Positions 57,537 through 64,000 of a stretch of 64,000 nt of DNA are shown here, piece by piece; within the stretch, counting starts at the first letter, position 1, and each line of letters opens with the position of its first letter. The translations under genes were made by a program, and so were the position numbers. Origin of the DNA: Nannocystis bainbridge (GTDB lineage: Bacteria; Myxococcota_A; Polyangia; Nannocystales; Nannocystaceae). The notes below the pieces were generated by a model, which saw only the letters and a program-made list of their open reading frames with translations, was not told the origin of the DNA and did not search any database. The stretch lies in contig NZ_JAQNDL010000002.1 of assembly GCF_028368995.1 (NCBI RefSeq), positions 801,724 through 865,723 on the forward strand. Direction: 5' to 3'.

Positions 57537-57980
57537 ATGTCCTTCGCTTCTTCTGTCGTTCGCTCGTTGTCGCGCCCTGTCCTCGGGGCCATGTCGATCC
57601 TGCTCGCGGTCGGCCTCGGCGGCTGTGCCAGCCCGTGCGAGCGCCTGAGCCAGGGCGTGTGCGCGGGCGGCGACGCCGACTATTGCGCGGCCGTCGACGC
57701 CTGGCTGGCGACCCGCCTGGTCGACCCCGCCACCAAGGAGCCGCTGGTCGGCGAGGCGCGCGACCAGATGTGCGGGGCCATCTACGACAACGTCGAGATG
57801 TTCTACGCCTACCAGTTCAAGGCCAAGCAGAAGATCCTCGGCGTGCCCGACTTCATCCTGGCGTCGCAGAGGAAGGCCCAGCAAGAGGCCGAGGCCTACG
57901 AAGAGGCGACCAAGAAGATCAAGCAGGACGAAGAGGGCGGCGGCGGCGAGTCGCCCGGCGGCGCGAACATGTCCGATTGA
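57537..57980 (+). CDS. Lipoprotein, hypothetical
   Basis: Lipobox AVGLGGC. Cys-containing N-terminal region. Lys/Glu-rich helical C-terminus. The start may be the internal Met at 57591. Confidence 0.55.
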   Translation: MSFASSVVRSLSRPVLGAMSILLAVGLGGCASPCERLSQGVCAGGDADYCAAVDAWLATRLVDPATKEPLVGEARDQMCGAIYDNVEMFYAYQFKAKQKILGVPDFILASQRKAQQEAEAYEEATKKIKQDEEGGGGESPGGANMSD

Positions 57981-58130
57981 GCCGGGGTCGGCCGGGCGAC
58001 GTGGCGCGGAGCATGTCCGATGGGGCATGCTCGAAGGGGCAGGTCCGTTCGGACAGGCTCGTTCAGACAGGATCGAGAGGACAGGTCCCAGAGGACAGGT
58101 CTGAAGGACAGGTCTGAAGGACAGGTCCGG
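57965..58130. repeat. Largest tandem array (about 11 units, 13-14 bp period) of the GGACA(T/G)GTCC-family repeat, between convergent genes
   Basis: gaacatgtccga, gagcatgtccga, ggggcatgctcg, ggggcaggtccg, cggacaggctcg, cagacaggatcg, aggacaggtccc, then gaggacaggtct, gaaggacaggtct, gaaggacaggtccgg. The last four form an almost perfect 13-bp minisatellite. Confidence 0.9.
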
Positions 58131-58144
58131 GCCGCGCGAGCCGG

Positions 58145-58636
58145 TCACCCGCCTGGCGGGCGCGTCGGTACCGGCAGGCGGCGCTCGCCGAGGCGCAGGG
58201 CGACCGGGTCGCCGTCGTCGAGCCAGGGGGCGAGGTCGGCCAGGGCGGTGTTGGTGAAGCGGACGCTGAGGGGGCGGCCGCTGGACTGGGCGGGGACGCT
58301 GCAGCGCAGGCCCTGCTCGGGCTCTTCCCACAGCGTCGCGGGGTCGAGCGGGAGGTCGCGGCCGTCGTCGAGGTGGAGCTGCGGGGTGCCGTCGCCGGCG
58401 CGGGTGACCCGGAGGGCGCGCAGGAGGCAGTCCTCGACCTGGAGGTAGCACCACTGCTCGCCGACCCGCAGGCTGGGCTCGCCGCCGGGGGTGCAGTCGA
58501 GGCTGCGGAGGAACAGCGCGCGCACGCCGGGGTGCGAGACGGGGTCGTCCTCGAAGAAGAACTGACCGCGCCGATCGAGGCGCAGCGGGACCTGGCGCCT
58601 GAGCCGCTCGAGGGTGTCCGGGTCGAGGGTCGTCAT
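58145..58636 (-). CDS. Hypothetical protein (163 aa), possibly DUF1285-like
   Basis: The low-coordinate tail of antisense track ORF 58145..61183 starts at MTTLDPDTLERL. It has a non-biased composition containing W, F, Y and C (RGQFFFEDDPVSHPGVRALFLRSLDCTPGGEPSLRVGEQWCYLQVEDCLL). Confidence 0.5.
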   Translation of the reverse strand: MTTLDPDTLERLRRQVPLRLDRRGQFFFEDDPVSHPGVRALFLRSLDCTPGGEPSLRVGEQWCYLQVEDCLLRALRVTRAGDGTPQLHLDDGRDLPLDPATLWEEPEQGLRCSVPAQSSGRPLSVRFTNTALADLAPWLDDGDPVALRLGERRLPVPTRPPGG

Positions 58637-58702
58637 CGGCCGTGAGTGTACGCGCACCGCGGCGATGTGCACGCCCGCGGAGTTCGGCGATAACCCGCGA
58701 CC

Positions 58703-60754
<2,052 letters not shown>

Positions 60755-60959
60755 GCGCGCGGCGACCCCCGGGCGGCCTGAGGCCCGCAAATTCAGGCGG
60801 CGAATTTGCCTACGCCGCGCTGCGAGGATTGCACAGTGGACGCTGTGGCAAGTTGAAAGCCCGGCCACGATAGCGCCGCACATGGCCGCCGAGGCCGCTC
60901 GGCGGGCCGAGGCTGAGGACGCTGCTAGTCTTGTCGCCATGCCGATGCGGGAGGGCTCG

Positions 60960-61931
60960 ATGTCGAAGCGATGGACGTGGCTGACCGGGGTGGCGGCGAG
61001 CATGGCGATGGGCGCGGGCTGCGACGCGCCGGAGGCGGGCGAGTGCGGCTGCAGCGAAGATGTGGTGAGCGTGCGCGAGTCGCAGCTCAACGGGGCGAAG
61101 CTCAACGGGGCGAAGCTCAACGGGGCGCGGCTCAACGGGGCACGGCTCAACGGGGCGCGGCTCAACGGGCCGAACGGCACCACCGACTACATCGAGATCG
61201 AGAAGATCAGGCTCCGCAAGGAGTCGTACAACGTGCAGTCGAGCTGGCTGGTGGGCAGCAATCTGCACATCAAGACGACGACGAACGAGGTGTTCTCCGG
61301 GACCGAGCTCGACTCGACCAGGATCAAGTTCGATCTGGCGGAGGGCGGCTGGGCCAGGAAGAAGACGCTCAAGGTCCTCGACGTCGAGCCGCTGGCGCCC
61401 GGCTCCGACGTGCTGCTCTACGACCTGGCGCTCAAGGTCGACGAGAAGGAGTGGGAGCCGCTGTGCGTCGACGAAGAGGGGGAGCCGACGCAGGCGATCC
61501 TGCTCGGGGACGTGTGGGACTCGGCGAACGGGAAGCGGCTGCCGTCGACGGGCGACGGGCTGACGTTCGCCTGCCGCGACGCGGCGCTGGCGAAGTGCGT
61601 CGAGTGGGGCTACCGGCCGTGGAAGGCCAACCTGCGCGAGTTCCATCAGGCGTGCACGCGGCTGGTCCGCGCCGACTACTGCGGTAACGGTTCGTCGCAC
61701 ACGGAGGCCGGGACGCTGATCCATGTGCTCGATCAAATCGGCGTGCAGACCGTCGATCCGGACCGGCAATTCGTGGTCGAGGCCGAGTGGGGCCCGAACG
61801 GCGCGGTGTGCCTCAACACCGCCAACACGCGGCTCGCCAACCAACAGATCGGCTGCAACATCCCGGCGTGCGGCGCCCCCTTCGCGTCGGGCGGCCTTAT
61901 CCAGAGCGGCAAGATCGTGGTAGGTCCTTGA
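60960..61931 (+). CDS. Lipoprotein with pentapeptide repeats (NGAKL x6) and a C-terminal ADYC-like domain
   Basis: Signal/lipobox MSKRWTWLTGVAASMAMGAGC. LNGAKLNGAKLNGARLNGARLNGARLNG. A conserved ADYCGNG motif lies in a Cys-containing C-terminal domain. It is the high-confidence part of track ORF 60675..61931. Confidence 0.7.
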   Translation: MSKRWTWLTGVAASMAMGAGCDAPEAGECGCSEDVVSVRESQLNGAKLNGAKLNGARLNGARLNGARLNGPNGTTDYIEIEKIRLRKESYNVQSSWLVGSNLHIKTTTNEVFSGTELDSTRIKFDLAEGGWARKKTLKVLDVEPLAPGSDVLLYDLALKVDEKEWEPLCVDEEGEPTQAILLGDVWDSANGKRLPSTGDGLTFACRDAALAKCVEWGYRPWKANLREFHQACTRLVRADYCGNGSSHTEAGTLIHVLDQIGVQTVDPDRQFVVEAEWGPNGAVCLNTANTRLANQQIGCNIPACGAPFASGGLIQSGKIVVGP

Positions 61932-61938
61932 TGGCCGC

Positions 61939-64000
<2,062 letters not shown>

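Noticed and set aside
57965-58130. Possibility that the tandem motif arrays are CRISPR arrays
   Set aside because: Units are only 10-14 bp with 2-5 bp variable spacing and no unique spacers of 25-40 bp. No cas genes are nearby. The units are self-palindromic half-site pairs, unlike CRISPR repeats.

Overview
This 64 kb window is about 70% GC and looks like a chromosomal segment of a Myxococcota (myxobacterial) genome. Lineage markers support that placement: a MYXO-CTERM sorting tail, an FHA protein carrying the AgmX/PglI C-terminal domain, a pentapeptide-repeat lipoprotein with an ADYC-like domain, several Ser/Thr kinases and many lipoproteins. I call roughly 50 protein genes and found no rRNA, tRNA, CRISPR array, transposase or integrase. 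Recognisable housekeeping genes are a partial carB, purT, metG and apaG, plus two ABC-F ATPases. Secreted enzymes include an M4 metalloprotease, an Slt-type lytic transglycosylase and a FadL-family outer-membrane protein. There is also an MFS transporter, an APC permease, a GNAT acetyltransferase, an arginase-fold enzyme, an enolase-superfamily enzyme and a glycine-rich RRM protein. Three things stand out. First, a six-gene minus-strand operon (23210-29490) encodes a SiaA/SiaB/SiaC-like phosphatase/kinase/DUF1987 partner-switch module. Its output enzyme is a class III nucleotidyl cyclase rather than the diguanylate cyclase of the Pseudomonas system, and the cyclase appears to carry guanylate-cyclase-like specificity residues. 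The same operon has a second kinase-like gene and a DUF1987-methyltransferase fusion, and a Ser/Thr kinase with a cNMP-binding domain sits convergent to it. Second, an MFS transporter, a radical SAM/SPASM enzyme and a translationally coupled membrane protein form an operon (11404-15117) with no visible precursor peptide. Third, and most striking, a short palindromic repeat family with core GGACATGTCC (or the permuted form TGTCC-N5-GGACA) occurs in tandem arrays of 2 to 11 units with a 13-14 bp period. The arrays sit almost exclusively at the 3' ends of genes, especially between convergent genes. Units also turn up in-frame inside predicted linker or loop regions of several coding sequences. 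A specific 10-mer of this composition is expected about 0.1 times in a window this size, yet dozens of copies and variants are present. Other non-coding structure includes a roughly 98 bp tandem repeat next to a 17 bp inverted repeat in a 700 bp gene-free region. Candidate operator repeats lie upstream of the HEAT-protein/carB operon and between an HTH-regulator gene and a BtuF-like gene. Gene starts are approximate, because GTG/TTG starts and high GC make 5' ends uncertain. All family assignments rest on motif recognition by eye and should be confirmed by HMM or BLAST searches.
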